Of a stretch of DNA of 64,000 nucleotides, positions 1 through 10,004 are shown in pieces. Below the pieces are notes generated by a model, which was not told the origin of the DNA, did no database searches, and saw nothing but the letters and a program-made list of their open reading frames with translations. Position 1 is the stretch's first letter, and each line of letters starts with the position of its first letter. The position numbers were made by a program, and so were the translations under genes. The stretch comes from Alphaproteobacteria bacterium (GTDB lineage Bacteria > Pseudomonadota > Alphaproteobacteria > RF32 > CAG-239), in NCBI GenBank assembly GCA_045602545.1, contig JAZSBR010000022.1, positions 17,696 through 81,695 of the forward strand, written 5' to 3'.

Positions 1-1
1 C

Positions 2-802
2 GAGCAATTTTATAAATATTTTGCAGACGGGTATAAGTTTGAAGAATTTTTGAAAACCTACCTTGAAAAAATAGGTCTTGATGAAGTTGTTGTTACTCAA
101 CGCTCACGTGATGGTGGTAGAGATTTAACTGCAATCCGTACCGGAATTGGTGATTTGGGAGGACAAGATTTTAGGAGGTATTATGTACAAGCTAAACGAT
201 ACAAGCCGTCCACCAGTATAAGAGTTAAAGATGTAAGGGAATTATATTGTGTAGCAGGAAGAGCTCAAGCGGTGGGTATTTTTATTACAACTGCTAAATT
301 TTCGGAAAATACGAGAAATGAATTTAAAGATGATCAAGTAACTCCTATCATTTTGATTGATGGCAAAGATTTGGTTAGTAGCTGCATAGATAATGAGCTT
401 GGTTTTATATATAAACCTATTTTTAATGCTCAAGCTATGGATAAATTGATGCCGTTAAAGAAAGAAGTATCTAATGATATACCGGATGATAATACCAAAA
501 TTCCTGTTTCAGATGCTATTATTGTTGAAAAGAGAATAACGGCAAATGATATTAGGGCAAGGATATTATCACTACCGAAGATAATACTGGATAACATTCC
601 GGCAGAAAAAACATCTATTTCTGTTTGTTTTAATAATGAAACTAATCAAGAGCTTTCTATCAATAAAGGAAGAAATTATCTTGCAAGAGTAACAGAAATT
701 TACCGTAATTATGGATTGTTATCAGATGATGGCACCATTACTCCCGCTACAGCGATATGGCAATTAAAAGATGGGAAATTGAGCATTTTTATTAAAGTAT
801 AA
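2..802 (+). CDS. Mrr-family (type IV) restriction endonuclease, 5'-truncated by the window edge
   Basis: The frame is open from base 2 (EQFYKYFADGYKFEEFLKTYL). It has Mrr_cat motifs FEE, SRDGGRD, VQAKRY and GIFITTAKFS, plus an extra C-terminal domain. Confidence 0.85.
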   Translation, partial: EQFYKYFADGYKFEEFLKTYLEKIGLDEVVVTQRSRDGGRDLTAIRTGIGDLGGQDFRRYYVQAKRYKPSTSIRVKDVRELYCVAGRAQAVGIFITTAKFSENTRNEFKDDQVTPIILIDGKDLVSSCIDNELGFIYKPIFNAQAMDKLMPLKKEVSNDIPDDNTKIPVSDAIIVEKRITANDIRARILSLPKIILDNIPAEKTSISVCFNNETNQELSINKGRNYLARVTEIYRNYGLLSDDGTITPATAIWQLKDGKLSIFIKV

Positions 803-957
803 CACACTTCATTCAAAAAAAAGCCTTTCCAAGCACTTACATAAATTATCCATATTGAGTTTGCTTACTTTTCAAGAAATTATAAAAAATATGGTCAAAA
901 AGATGATGAATTGAAATTTCGAGATAATGGGATAATGATTATAGTCATACTTATCTA

Positions 958-2439
958 TTATGATTTACTCGCTGATAATTTTATCTTTCCATCAATAATT
1001 ACTATTTCACTTTCTATGTTAAGTTCTTTTTTTCTATTGAATAATTTTTGTATCCTTTTATCTGATTTTTTTTCATCCTTTTCTAAATCTATGTATATAT
1101 AATAAGCTTTAGTGACATGTCCTGTACATTTTTTATATATTTCTAATTGATTATCTAAGCCCTTCAAATAGTTAGGACTAGATGATAATTTCAATTCTAT
1201 TAAAATTTTAAAGCAATTACCACGAGATAATTTAAAATCTACTGGGCCCAACCCAGTTTCTGCCTCTGGAGAAATGTCTATATCATTCTCTTCACAAGTC
1301 CTTTTGCAGTATAAAAGAAAAGCATTTTGCCACGAACATTCTTTTTGTTTTTCTAGACTACGTAAAATTTTATTGTTATTTTGCATTGTATCTGCAAATC
1401 CATAAATTACGCTATCTATAATTTCTAGAGGGGTTTGTTTTTGACTAATTTGAAGCCGGATATTCGGAAATATTTCTTCTAATTTAGATAAAATATTAAA
1501 ACCTAAACTATCTTCCGAAAAGTCATATGGAACTTTTTTATCATTATTAACAAAAAGTCTTAATGCCTTTAAAGCTTCTTTATCTTCTTTTATGTAATCT
1601 TTTGTTTCTCTCTTTATTTCTGATATACTCTCCTTATTTTCAGCAGCTCTTTTTAATATTTCTGCTATATCTTGGTTAATCCTTTGCCTAATAGCGTCGT
1701 TATCTTCATTAATTGCACAAAATCTACCCAATACATCTTTTACATCAAGAACTTTATCTAAAGGAGATAATATATCACGAGGTACAAAAAATAAATATGT
1801 ATCATATAAAGGATGCTTAGGTAATTTATAATAGCATCCTTCTATTCCATATATTTCTGTATTTATTCCCATTTCATTTGCTATCTTCTCAGAAAAAGAT
1901 GCTAATTCATGAATTATAATATGAGCAGTCATATCACTAACGTAATCTGGACCAAATCCTTCTTCCAATAAAAACAAAACTGAAAATATTCCTGTGTTAT
2001 TTGAGCCTTTTAAAATGAGTTTTTCAGCAGAATTATATAGCATTTCAGCGATTTTATGTCCTGTTCCGCGTCCTGCAGTCCCATAACGAGAATAACCAAG
2101 TCCTAATCCTTTTTGCTCTCCAAATCTCAAATCATTCAATATACCTTGTTTAGCTTTTTCTTTATCTATTCCTGTTAGCTCTTTAGTCAGTAATATACGT
2201 TGGCATAATTTCTGAAAAAAATCTTCGTATTTACTGCGTGCATTTTCGCTAAAAATTTTATGACTTGAAGTCTTTAATAACATAGGGTCAATAAAAAGCC
2301 TAACATCTTTATTAAATGTTGGATTTAATAATTGTCTTTTCTCAAATTCATTCTTATCCAGTTTCAGATAATCAGATAAGATTCTTGTTTGTAATTCTAA
2401 ATTATTCATACTACATTCCTTTATGATTACCTTTAGCAA
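958..2439 (-). CDS. Hypothetical protein with a C-terminal PD-(D/E)XK nuclease-like domain; candidate defence protein
   Basis: 493-aa ORF with the C-terminal pattern EAETGLGPVDF...ILIELK...QLEIY. The true start may be the second Met (MNNLE). Confidence 0.6.
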   Translation of the reverse strand: MLKVIIKECSMNNLELQTRILSDYLKLDKNEFEKRQLLNPTFNKDVRLFIDPMLLKTSSHKIFSENARSKYEDFFQKLCQRILLTKELTGIDKEKAKQGILNDLRFGEQKGLGLGYSRYGTAGRGTGHKIAEMLYNSAEKLILKGSNNTGIFSVLFLLEEGFGPDYVSDMTAHIIIHELASFSEKIANEMGINTEIYGIEGCYYKLPKHPLYDTYLFFVPRDILSPLDKVLDVKDVLGRFCAINEDNDAIRQRINQDIAEILKRAAENKESISEIKRETKDYIKEDKEALKALRLFVNNDKKVPYDFSEDSLGFNILSKLEEIFPNIRLQISQKQTPLEIIDSVIYGFADTMQNNNKILRSLEKQKECSWQNAFLLYCKRTCEENDIDISPEAETGLGPVDFKLSRGNCFKILIELKLSSSPNYLKGLDNQLEIYKKCTGHVTKAYYIYIDLEKDEKKSDKRIQKLFNRKKELNIESEIVIIDGKIKLSASKS

Positions 2440-2575
2440 TATGATGTGCTATGCTTATTTTACATGATTGTTCTTTATGTTTCAAGACACTGCTGACAAT
2501 CATTTAAAAATTTAGGATTTCTTTTTTCATGAATTCATACTTTTAGAAGAGAATAATATCATAATAGCAAGACAA

Positions 2576-4636
2576 TTATATTACTTCTAATCCTATACTC
2601 TTCAAATATTCAAATGTCCCGTCATAGTATTTTGGATTTCTAGTCCCATCTTCTGGATTTCCCTCCGGAACACAAATAATCATACCCTGTCTAGCACGCG
2701 TTAGCAAGACCCTATAAGCATTTATTTGAAAAGCTTTTCTTTCCTCTGAACGAATGTTTTGCCACTTATTTCCTGTAAATGAATAATTACCCCAGGTATC
2801 ATTTTCACGTCGCAGATCTCCATCCCAAACAATACAAGTCCAGTCTAGTTCCAGGCCTTGAACATCAAACTCTGAGGCAGCATCTTCTAAGAACAAAGAT
2901 GACCTGATATCATCAATATCATCCAAAAACCAATGCACTGTATCCGGTTTACAACGTACATCGATAGATAAAGGCCTTAAGCGTTGAGCCTGAGATGATA
3001 CTAACATACCATAACGTTCAGAACCTCTTTTCTGCTGTTTAAGCCAAGCCTTTGCTTTATCCAGTGAACGTGTTAAAACTATTGGATATCTATCTTTTAG
3101 GGATCCATACAATCTTTTTGCATCCTCTACATCAGAAGCCAAAAGCGCATGAACGAATTCAGATAACTGTTCGGCACGAAATGATCGCATAGACACAGCC
3201 AGGTGTAAATCTGATTTCTTCCGAACTCGAGTGTTATTCTCCAATAATTTATCAATTTCCCCTGTTGCATACTCTTTATCTCTCAATTTATCAGAAATAA
3301 AGACATTCCAATTAGAAAAACTACTATTGATAGCTCTAAGCCATTCAGAAATGCCTGCTTCACCGGTATTAATTTCCTGACCACCGCCAACTAAACAAAT
3401 AATGACAGCCCAATCCTCACGCAAATCCAATGACCAAATCAAAAATTCTGGTTCAGACATTGGAAAATCTTTAATTCCCTGTTTACGTGATAACCAGTTA
3501 GCTAACTGTTGCTGTGTCCATGCACGTTGGGCTTCATCGAAAATAGCGACGTGCTCAACTTCTGAATAACCATCTTCCTGATGCTTTTTAACTTTTGCTG
3601 GATCAATTTCCAAAATTCCATCGCGAATTGGCGTCTTAATCTTGCTTAAAGAGGTATTGCGGTAATGGTGCACAATTTGAATAAAGGATTTTACATTCCG
3701 CCTTGCCTCAGTAAGTGTATAATGCTTTTCTGGATTTTTCTCATTTTCCTGTCTTTTTTTATCCCGAGCCAGCGCTTCGGTTAAAACATCCACCAACGGC
3801 TGATTGCCGGACAGATATACCGCTAAATCACCTTGGTTGAATTGTTGAACAGCAACATTTAAGCCTACTAAGGTCTTTCCGGCTCCCGGCACACCAGTTA
3901 CAAAACAAATAGATTTTTCGTGATTATCCCGGGAATATTGTATAATTTGAGAGATAAAATCTGTTGTTTGCTGTAAACTTTGACCGGAAGCTTCTGTACG
4001 CGTAATATCTTTCACCGAGTGATTTAGATAAAGCGAACTTGCCGCCTGAATAATTGTCGGTGTTGGCTTATAACGGCTGTTTTTCCAATCGCTCAAGTCA
4101 ATATTTACAGCGTGTTGAGCTTTTATTTTTTGAATTACATTGCTGAATTCATCCGCATTACATAAAATAGGTTCAAAAACAAGGTCATTATAGTGACTAA
4201 ATTGCTGAATTTGTGAACTATCTTTAGCATTTGTGGCAATTAAAATCGGAACAACCATCAAATTATGGCTAGCTTCATGAAAATTTTTCAAATCCAACGC
4301 GTAATCCCATACCTGTTCTATATCTTGACGCAGATATTCAGTGGAATTAACCTTAAATTCCAAAGCGTAAACAATTCCGCTTATCAGTAAAACAACATCT
4401 ATTCGCTTGCCCAATCGTGGAATATCATATTCAAAGATAATTTGTCCTTTGTCATTTTGCAGAATTGACCTCAACAGGTTAATTTCTTCTTCCCATGCAT
4501 TTCTTTGCAGATCAGTAATATCAAATGGCGAATTTCTCACGAGCGAGCCTAAGATATAGTTAGAATCACTCTTTATAAAGTTCTCAATTGTATCTGCGTA
4601 AAAATATCTGTTCATTTTAATGGTCTTTCTGCTCAA
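2576..4636 (-). CDS. DUF2075 / Schlafen-group-3-like helicase with an N-terminal nuclease-like domain
   Basis: N-terminal FEY..RIDVVL..LEFK, Walker A GVPGAGKT, DEAQR, QGLELD and NAYRVLLTRARQG. Confidence 0.85.
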   Translation of the reverse strand: MSRKTIKMNRYFYADTIENFIKSDSNYILGSLVRNSPFDITDLQRNAWEEEINLLRSILQNDKGQIIFEYDIPRLGKRIDVVLLISGIVYALEFKVNSTEYLRQDIEQVWDYALDLKNFHEASHNLMVVPILIATNAKDSSQIQQFSHYNDLVFEPILCNADEFSNVIQKIKAQHAVNIDLSDWKNSRYKPTPTIIQAASSLYLNHSVKDITRTEASGQSLQQTTDFISQIIQYSRDNHEKSICFVTGVPGAGKTLVGLNVAVQQFNQGDLAVYLSGNQPLVDVLTEALARDKKRQENEKNPEKHYTLTEARRNVKSFIQIVHHYRNTSLSKIKTPIRDGILEIDPAKVKKHQEDGYSEVEHVAIFDEAQRAWTQQQLANWLSRKQGIKDFPMSEPEFLIWSLDLREDWAVIICLVGGGQEINTGEAGISEWLRAINSSFSNWNVFISDKLRDKEYATGEIDKLLENNTRVRKKSDLHLAVSMRSFRAEQLSEFVHALLASDVEDAKRLYGSLKDRYPIVLTRSLDKAKAWLKQQKRGSERYGMLVSSQAQRLRPLSIDVRCKPDTVHWFLDDIDDIRSSLFLEDAASEFDVQGLELDWTCIVWDGDLRRENDTWGNYSFTGNKWQNIRSEERKAFQINAYRVLLTRARQGMIICVPEGNPEDGTRNPKYYDGTFEYLKSIGLEVI

Positions 4637-4801
4637 CTTGGATAAATACTATCTCCGGTAATGTTTTTTTGCAAGAATTAATTAGGAAATAACACACGAT
4701 TACTGCGAAAATCATCCAAGATATCATATCATACATCTGAATTTATGAATAATTATAATTTTCCCTCCAACGGTAAAAATGTTTGAATTTTGCCGGCCAT
4801 G

Positions 4802-5260
4802 TTATTTAATTTTATGATTTAAGGCGCTCTTTGGTAAATATTTATTGCAACCGCCAGTTTTAAGCATATACTGATTAACATCAATCACACCGGCAGATTT
4901 TATATCATCTAAATAGACTTTGCCTAAAATACGACCGAAAGAATCACGTTTTCCCCATTCAACTCTTATGTATCTATGGTCTTTAAGTAATTTTTTTAGT
5001 ATTTTCCGTGACTGTTTACCTTTTTCAAGCACTTCATCATAAGATAATCCATAGTATTTTTGTTGAAACTTTGCTCTTGCATTTTTCTTGGTTTCATAAC
5101 AATCAACATCAAGCAAGCGGATCTTTGTATTTTCATTATTAACCAGAGCCGTTAGTGTATCCCCATCATTTATTTTGATTATAGTTGCCACAAACTCATG
5201 CGCATAAACTATCTGCACATAAAATAAAGCGAAAAATGTAGTTGTTATAAACTTAAACAA
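4802..5260 (-). CDS. Thermonuclease (SNase family) with a probable signal peptide
   Basis: DGDT, IRLLDVDCYE and DSFGRILG motifs. The start was moved to the TTG at 5260, which precedes a hydrophobic signal (LFKFITTTFFALFYVQIVYA). The ORF-track extension to 5416 runs through a structured RNA. Confidence 0.8.
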   Translation of the reverse strand: MFKFITTTFFALFYVQIVYAHEFVATIIKINDGDTLTALVNNENTKIRLLDVDCYETKKNARAKFQQKYYGLSYDEVLEKGKQSRKILKKLLKDHRYIRVEWGKRDSFGRILGKVYLDDIKSAGVIDVNQYMLKTGGCNKYLPKSALNHKIK

Positions 5261-5261
5261 T

Positions 5262-5489
5262 GACAAACACCAATCAGCCCAAGTAAAACGCACTAGGCGG
5301 TGGATGTCGTTAACTGCAATCAACGCGAGATGCAGCTCACATATTCGTGCAAGCCTTATTTTTGTGAGCATCCACCATATCGGTGTCTGCCCTATGACGT
5401 AATATCCTATTGACATTAAACAATAGTTATTACCGCCCGCGTTGATTAGGTTTAACGATTACCTGTTGAAGTTCGGGCATTCCCCAACA
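5262..5489 (-). ncRNA. Unassigned highly structured leader RNA/ncRNA upstream of the thermonuclease
   Basis: Several helices whose G-U wobbles work only on the minus strand: 5482-5489/5464-5471, 5436-5447/5318-5329 and 5379-5391/5262-5274. Also 5452-5458/5307-5313, 5369-5376/5299-5306 and 5363-5369/5335-5341. The 5' end matches a predicted promoter. Confidence 0.65.
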
Positions 5490-5494
5490 AGTAC

Positions 5495-5523
5495 ACTATA
5501 AGCATATAATCTTAACAAATCAA
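5495..5523 (-). promoter_or_regulatory. Sigma70-type promoter for the structured RNA/thermonuclease
   Basis: Minus strand TTGATT-17 nt-TATAGT; predicted TSS ~5489. Confidence 0.6.
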
Positions 5524-5551
5524 TAAAAAAGATGTTTTACGTAAAATAGAG

Positions 5552-5583
5552 CTTAATTTATACCCTCAGAGATACAAATTAAA
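5552..5583 (-). repeat. 32-bp quasi-palindromic site, copy A (inverted relative to B and C)
   Basis: Reverse complement TTTAATTTGTA-TCTCTGAGGG-TATAAATTAAG; 3 mismatches to the consensus TTTAATTTGTA-TCTCTAAGGG-TACAAATTAAA. Confidence 0.75.
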
Positions 5584-5637
5584 TATGTAAACTTTAATTT
5601 AAGCCTTTACTGTTAATCTAACTTTAAGAGGTATATT

Positions 5638-6834
5638 ATGGCACGTATAAATATCAGAGACTCATATAAACAATGGCTTATAAAGCAAGGCTTAAAGACT
5701 GAAACACCGGGCAAACATTCCAGCACGGTGACCGAATATTTACGACGGATTGATCGTATTTGCGATAAACATTATAAAAGCCATGACGCTACTGCTTGGA
5801 ATAAATTAACTAAAAACATTCAGGCCTTATTAATTTCTTATCATGAATGCCAAACCAAGGAATATCTAATCAACAAACAAAACATTGATGCTTTTCTAAA
5901 ATATTTTAATGATATTTCAAACAGTAATCAAATTAATCTAAATTTAAAAGTCAAGCTTAGTTTTATCAGCCAGAAAGAAAGCCAATTCATCACTATAACG
6001 ACTTTCAAAGAGCTTATTTCTTTTGTTTTGGTGTTTAAGGGCATTTTAGATATTGCAAAAAATATATCGAAATTAAGCGAAATTCATGATGTTCTCACCT
6101 TTTACAAGTTGACTTTTTCTAATGGAGCTCCGGAACGACAAATTTCATTATACCAAAACGCTATTGAAAAATTATCATGTAGCGATTCTCTGATCGAAAA
6201 TTTAATATTACACGTCGAATATATGAATGATTATACGGTTAAAGGCTTGGCCGGCTTAAATAAATTTTATACCTTTTTAAGTAATCCGCCGGCAAATGAT
6301 AACAATCGAACCTCATTACATCTTGTAAAACTAAAAAAAGACCGTGATGATGATAAGATTAATAACTGCCTTATCATTATTTCCGGTTATCGTGATAATT
6401 TCATGAAATGCCTTACCCAGACCAATCAGACAGGAAGCACGGCATTACAAATAAAAGCGCATTCTCAAACAGGAGGTTATCTACGTGCTGATGAAGTTGC
6501 TAATGTATTTGGTATTGATCCTAAAACACTTTGGAGATTAAAAAAAGACGAACTTTTTATGCCTGACTACGATACTTTTTATCATGAAGATAGAATTAAT
6601 CAATATCTACAAGAGCATTTTCATAGAGCGCAACCGCCATATTCCGATGTAGATTACTCTAGAAAAAATCTTAAATGGCATAATCGCCGTGATGTTGCCA
6701 GAATTCTCGGCGTAACAGAAAGAACAATTCTTAATTACACTAAAAAGGGCATATTAACCTATACAGATTATGCCCCCAAAGCTCCGCGATACTATCCCCC
6801 AGAAATAGAATTCTTGACAAATAAAAGATCTTAA
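5638..6834 (+). CDS. DNA-binding protein with an N-terminal integrase core-binding-like helical domain and two C-terminal MerR/excisionase-type HTHs
   Basis: HTH-like segments YLRADEVANVFGIDPKTLWRL and NRRDVARILGVTERTILNYTKKG; N-terminal YKQWL...STVTEYLRRI; RBS GAGG. Confidence 0.65.
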   Translation: MARINIRDSYKQWLIKQGLKTETPGKHSSTVTEYLRRIDRICDKHYKSHDATAWNKLTKNIQALLISYHECQTKEYLINKQNIDAFLKYFNDISNSNQINLNLKVKLSFISQKESQFITITTFKELISFVLVFKGILDIAKNISKLSEIHDVLTFYKLTFSNGAPERQISLYQNAIEKLSCSDSLIENLILHVEYMNDYTVKGLAGLNKFYTFLSNPPANDNNRTSLHLVKLKKDRDDDKINNCLIIISGYRDNFMKCLTQTNQTGSTALQIKAHSQTGGYLRADEVANVFGIDPKTLWRLKKDELFMPDYDTFYHEDRINQYLQEHFHRAQPPYSDVDYSRKNLKWHNRRDVARILGVTERTILNYTKKGILTYTDYAPKAPRYYPPEIEFLTNKRS

Positions 6835-6996
6835 TTTTTCTGAAAACAAAAAAAATTAAAAAATTTTTCTCTTATTTTCCTACATTCCCGATTCAATGAT
6901 TTTACTTATCCAATTTTAAAATATATATTAAGAGTATAGCGAGGCATAAAAACCAAGCTATAGAATCGTAACATATTTTATAAAAGGATTAAAAAA

Positions 6997-8829
6997 ATGA
7001 ACACAAATTTAGTATTAAAATCTGAAGTTTTGGCAGATGCAAATTTTTCAGAAGAAAAAATCATAGGCAACCAACATGATTTTGAATTGCCGGGCAATAT
7101 AAATATTACTTCGGTGATTGATATTATTAAAAACAACAACTTATCTGAAGATAAATTAAAAGATTTATTGAAAAATCAGGCTAATGATAACCTCTTTCCT
7201 GTATATACAAAGAGCGAAGATCAGCAAAATTTATCTATTATTGAAATTGAGCAGAAAATTCAGGCTGAAATAAAAAATTTACAAACCGCCCCTTTATCCA
7301 AAGACGCTTATAAGAACAGAATTATGTCAGCTCAGAACAAAGCAGCATATCTCTTAATTGCGGAATGTGCATTAGCTGAAGAATTGCGCGCGATTCCAAA
7401 GAAGCAAGGAAAACACAATAATCCTGAATATAAAACAAAATTGCAATATATAAAGGATACGTATGGCTTAACGCGCAAGCCTGCACTGGCTATACAAAAA
7501 TTACAATGGGAAAATGTTATTGCTGCTATCACATGGGCATATAAAAATGAGGAAATTCCCACACGTTCTTTAGCTCTCTCAAGTAATAAAAAGATAAAAA
7601 ACGAAAAAGAGAAAAATAAAAATCTTGCCATTGACGCAATAAAATTATCTTTGGATCCTAAGTATGAAAATGAATATAAGACACTTAATCTGTCAGAACC
7701 ATTGTACGCTACTTCATTATTTGCTTGCATTGGCTCCGGAACTTCAAGACTTAAAGAATTAAATATACATTGTGCTGTAGCTAATGAATATTTATCGGAA
7801 AGAGCTGAAATTCATAAAAAATTAGATCCTGATTGTTTAATGATACAAGGTGACATAAAAAATAAAAAGATATTAAAACAGATTGTAGCGGCAAATAAGC
7901 AAAAGGGCTGTAAATTGCTTTTGGCCTCTCCTCCTTGTCAGGTTGCATCTCAATTAAATACTGCTAAAGATAAAGAAGAAAAAATAGAGTCTACCTTATT
8001 TTATGATACAATCAAGTTCATTAAATCCACACATAACGACTTTATTGTCATTGAAAATGTGCCGCAATGGTTAAATTCTTGCCCTAAAGCTGCTAAAAAA
8101 ATTTTATGGAGTAAAGACAGAAAAACATATATCACAATCGGAGAATATATGAAACATCAGCTTGAAATGTTGGGATACAACGTGAATATTGAAATTGTAA
8201 ATGCAGCTGATTATTGGACCGGAGAAGAAAGAAAACGCTGTATAATTCTTGCATGCAAAAGAAAATACGGTGTTTGGAAATTTCCGAAAAAAGCTTTACG
8301 CAAACTTTCGTTATGGCAAGTAATTGGTGATTTACCGAGTATTGAACCGGGGATGTCTGTATCATCTTATAAATGGCATTACGCTCTTCCTTTGGAGCCA
8401 TGTAAAATAAGATTTTTAGCTCATACGCCGACTGCCTGTTCTGCATTTGATAACGCCGGTGAATATCAACCGGTTAATACAGATGGAACACCAAGCAAAG
8501 CACAATTTGAAGCCGCTTTCACAAGATTAGACTGGAATAAGCCTTGTAAAACAATTACAACAAGCAGCAATTATATCGGTGGAACTTATACTTTGCATCC
8601 GGGATATGCATTAACCGATGGTACATATTCTGATTGCCGTGTTTTATCTATATTAGAATTATTAAGAATTATAGGTTTACCTGAAGATTTTCTCGAACCC
8701 TTAGACCTTCCGATGGATAATAATAACATGTTAACCCCAGATGATGATAGCTTTATCAGAGAAGTTCTTGGTGAACACGTTTGTCCAAAAATGTATAATG
8801 CCTTAATGACTACCCTACCATTAAAATAA
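6997..8829 (+). CDS. DNA (cytosine-5)-methyltransferase with a ~230-aa N-terminal extension
   Basis: Motif I SLFACIG, motif IV SPPCQ, motif VI ENV, motif VIII ERKR, motif IX RVLSILE and motif X GEHV. Confidence 0.9.
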   Translation: MNTNLVLKSEVLADANFSEEKIIGNQHDFELPGNINITSVIDIIKNNNLSEDKLKDLLKNQANDNLFPVYTKSEDQQNLSIIEIEQKIQAEIKNLQTAPLSKDAYKNRIMSAQNKAAYLLIAECALAEELRAIPKKQGKHNNPEYKTKLQYIKDTYGLTRKPALAIQKLQWENVIAAITWAYKNEEIPTRSLALSSNKKIKNEKEKNKNLAIDAIKLSLDPKYENEYKTLNLSEPLYATSLFACIGSGTSRLKELNIHCAVANEYLSERAEIHKKLDPDCLMIQGDIKNKKILKQIVAANKQKGCKLLLASPPCQVASQLNTAKDKEEKIESTLFYDTIKFIKSTHNDFIVIENVPQWLNSCPKAAKKILWSKDRKTYITIGEYMKHQLEMLGYNVNIEIVNAADYWTGEERKRCIILACKRKYGVWKFPKKALRKLSLWQVIGDLPSIEPGMSVSSYKWHYALPLEPCKIRFLAHTPTACSAFDNAGEYQPVNTDGTPSKAQFEAAFTRLDWNKPCKTITTSSNYIGGTYTLHPGYALTDGTYSDCRVLSILELLRIIGLPEDFLEPLDLPMDNNNMLTPDDDSFIREVLGEHVCPKMYNALMTTLPLK

Positions 8830-8851
8830 AATAGCTCAGAACCTCGAATAT

Positions 8852-8881
8852 AAAGGGCAGAATGCAAAGTTCTGTCCTTTT
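8852..8881 (+). terminator. Intrinsic terminator after the methyltransferase
   Basis: AAAGGGCAGAA-tgcaaag-TTCTGTCCTTT hairpin ending in a T run. Confidence 0.65.
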
Positions 8882-8910
8882 AATTTGTATCACTAAGGGA
8901 ACGAATTTAA
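8879..8910 (+). repeat. 32-bp quasi-palindromic site, copy C
   Basis: TTTAATTTGTA-TCACTAAGGG-AACGAATTTAA; 4 mismatches to the consensus. Confidence 0.7.
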
Positions 8911-9424
8911 AGCGTGATAAATCAACATTACTCTTGATTTTGAAGTTATAATCTGATTATACTCAAATCAGATATAGTAAAATATATCTTGAGTGCCAAT
9001 AGGTGCAAGAGAGCTTTGAACGGCTCATTATACATCGCGGTACGGATGATACCGATAGGCTTATTTCTTGGATTTAAGCCACATTGCCTTGACATTTATG
9101 GTCGAGGAGCTTGTGGCATATGTCCAGAAGCTGTACTTGACAATGAAAGATTGGTTTTAAAAGCCACAAGAGTCATCACGATGTATATGATTGTTCAACT
9201 CCTCGACCACCTCTATTGGGTGGTTTTTGCTTTTTATATAGTATTTGTTGGAGCAATTGAAAAGTGGCTGAAAATATAAATAAAAACTTTTTGAATCCTG
9301 ATTGGTGGAAAAGAGCACTTATTAGAACTATTATAGATGAAATAGATAAGGGTATAGATGTAGATGAAATGGATAACAAGGTTTTAAACTGTGCCATTAA
9401 AAAGTTCAGCCGATAGTATTAAAG

Positions 9425-9637
9425 ATGAGAGAAACAACGCATTGTTTCTCTAGTGATATTTCAAGCGAAATTATGAAACAAATAAGTATTACACATAAAC
9501 AAAATGAGAAAATAAAAAAATTAAACGATAAAAATAAACAAAACGAAATGAACATAAGTAAGTTAAGGGCTGATATACAACGATGGAGTAACAATTTCAA
9601 GAATCAATCAGCAAACATAGAGGAATATGAATTATGA
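9425..9637 (+). CDS. Small coiled-coil hypothetical protein (possibly a gene fragment)
   Basis: 70-aa ORF coupled to the next ORF by an ATGA overlap. Confidence 0.35.
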   Translation: MRETTHCFSSDISSEIMKQISITHKQNEKIKKLNDKNKQNEMNISKLRADIQRWSNNFKNQSANIEEYEL

Positions 9638-9978
9638 ATATTATCCCTTTGCTATTTACAATAATACATAAAAGAAAAAAAGATAAACTCAAAAAACTTT
9701 TAAATCATTTGAAAGCATTATCAACTTTCAAAAATAATCAAGAATTAATTGACACTCAAAATAAAATGATAGAACAACTTCAGAAGAAAAATATAAATGA
9801 CGAAAATGAGATAAAAAGACTAATACAAGCGAAATCGGTAATACAATCTAAACGAAGCGGATTAATAAGTGGAAACATTAAAGTTAGCGAGCAAGCTTAT
9901 TCTGGAGACCATATTTTTCAAACCAAAAGCCCTTTCTATAAACCCATTGAAAAAGATCATAATGATGAAGAACAGTAA
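9634..9978 (+). CDS. Hypothetical coiled-coil protein
   Basis: 114-aa ORF with RBS GAGG and translational coupling. Confidence 0.5.
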   Translation: MNIIPLLFTIIHKRKKDKLKKLLNHLKALSTFKNNQELIDTQNKMIEQLQKKNINDENEIKRLIQAKSVIQSKRSGLISGNIKVSEQAYSGDHIFQTKSPFYKPIEKDHNDEEQ

Positions 9979-10004
9979 TATAACATTTTGAAAGGACGCA
10001 TTCT

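Noticed and set aside
5261-5416. 52-aa N-terminal extension of the thermonuclease in the ORF track
   Set aside because: It has no RBS, would bury the signal peptide, and coincides with the structured RNA.
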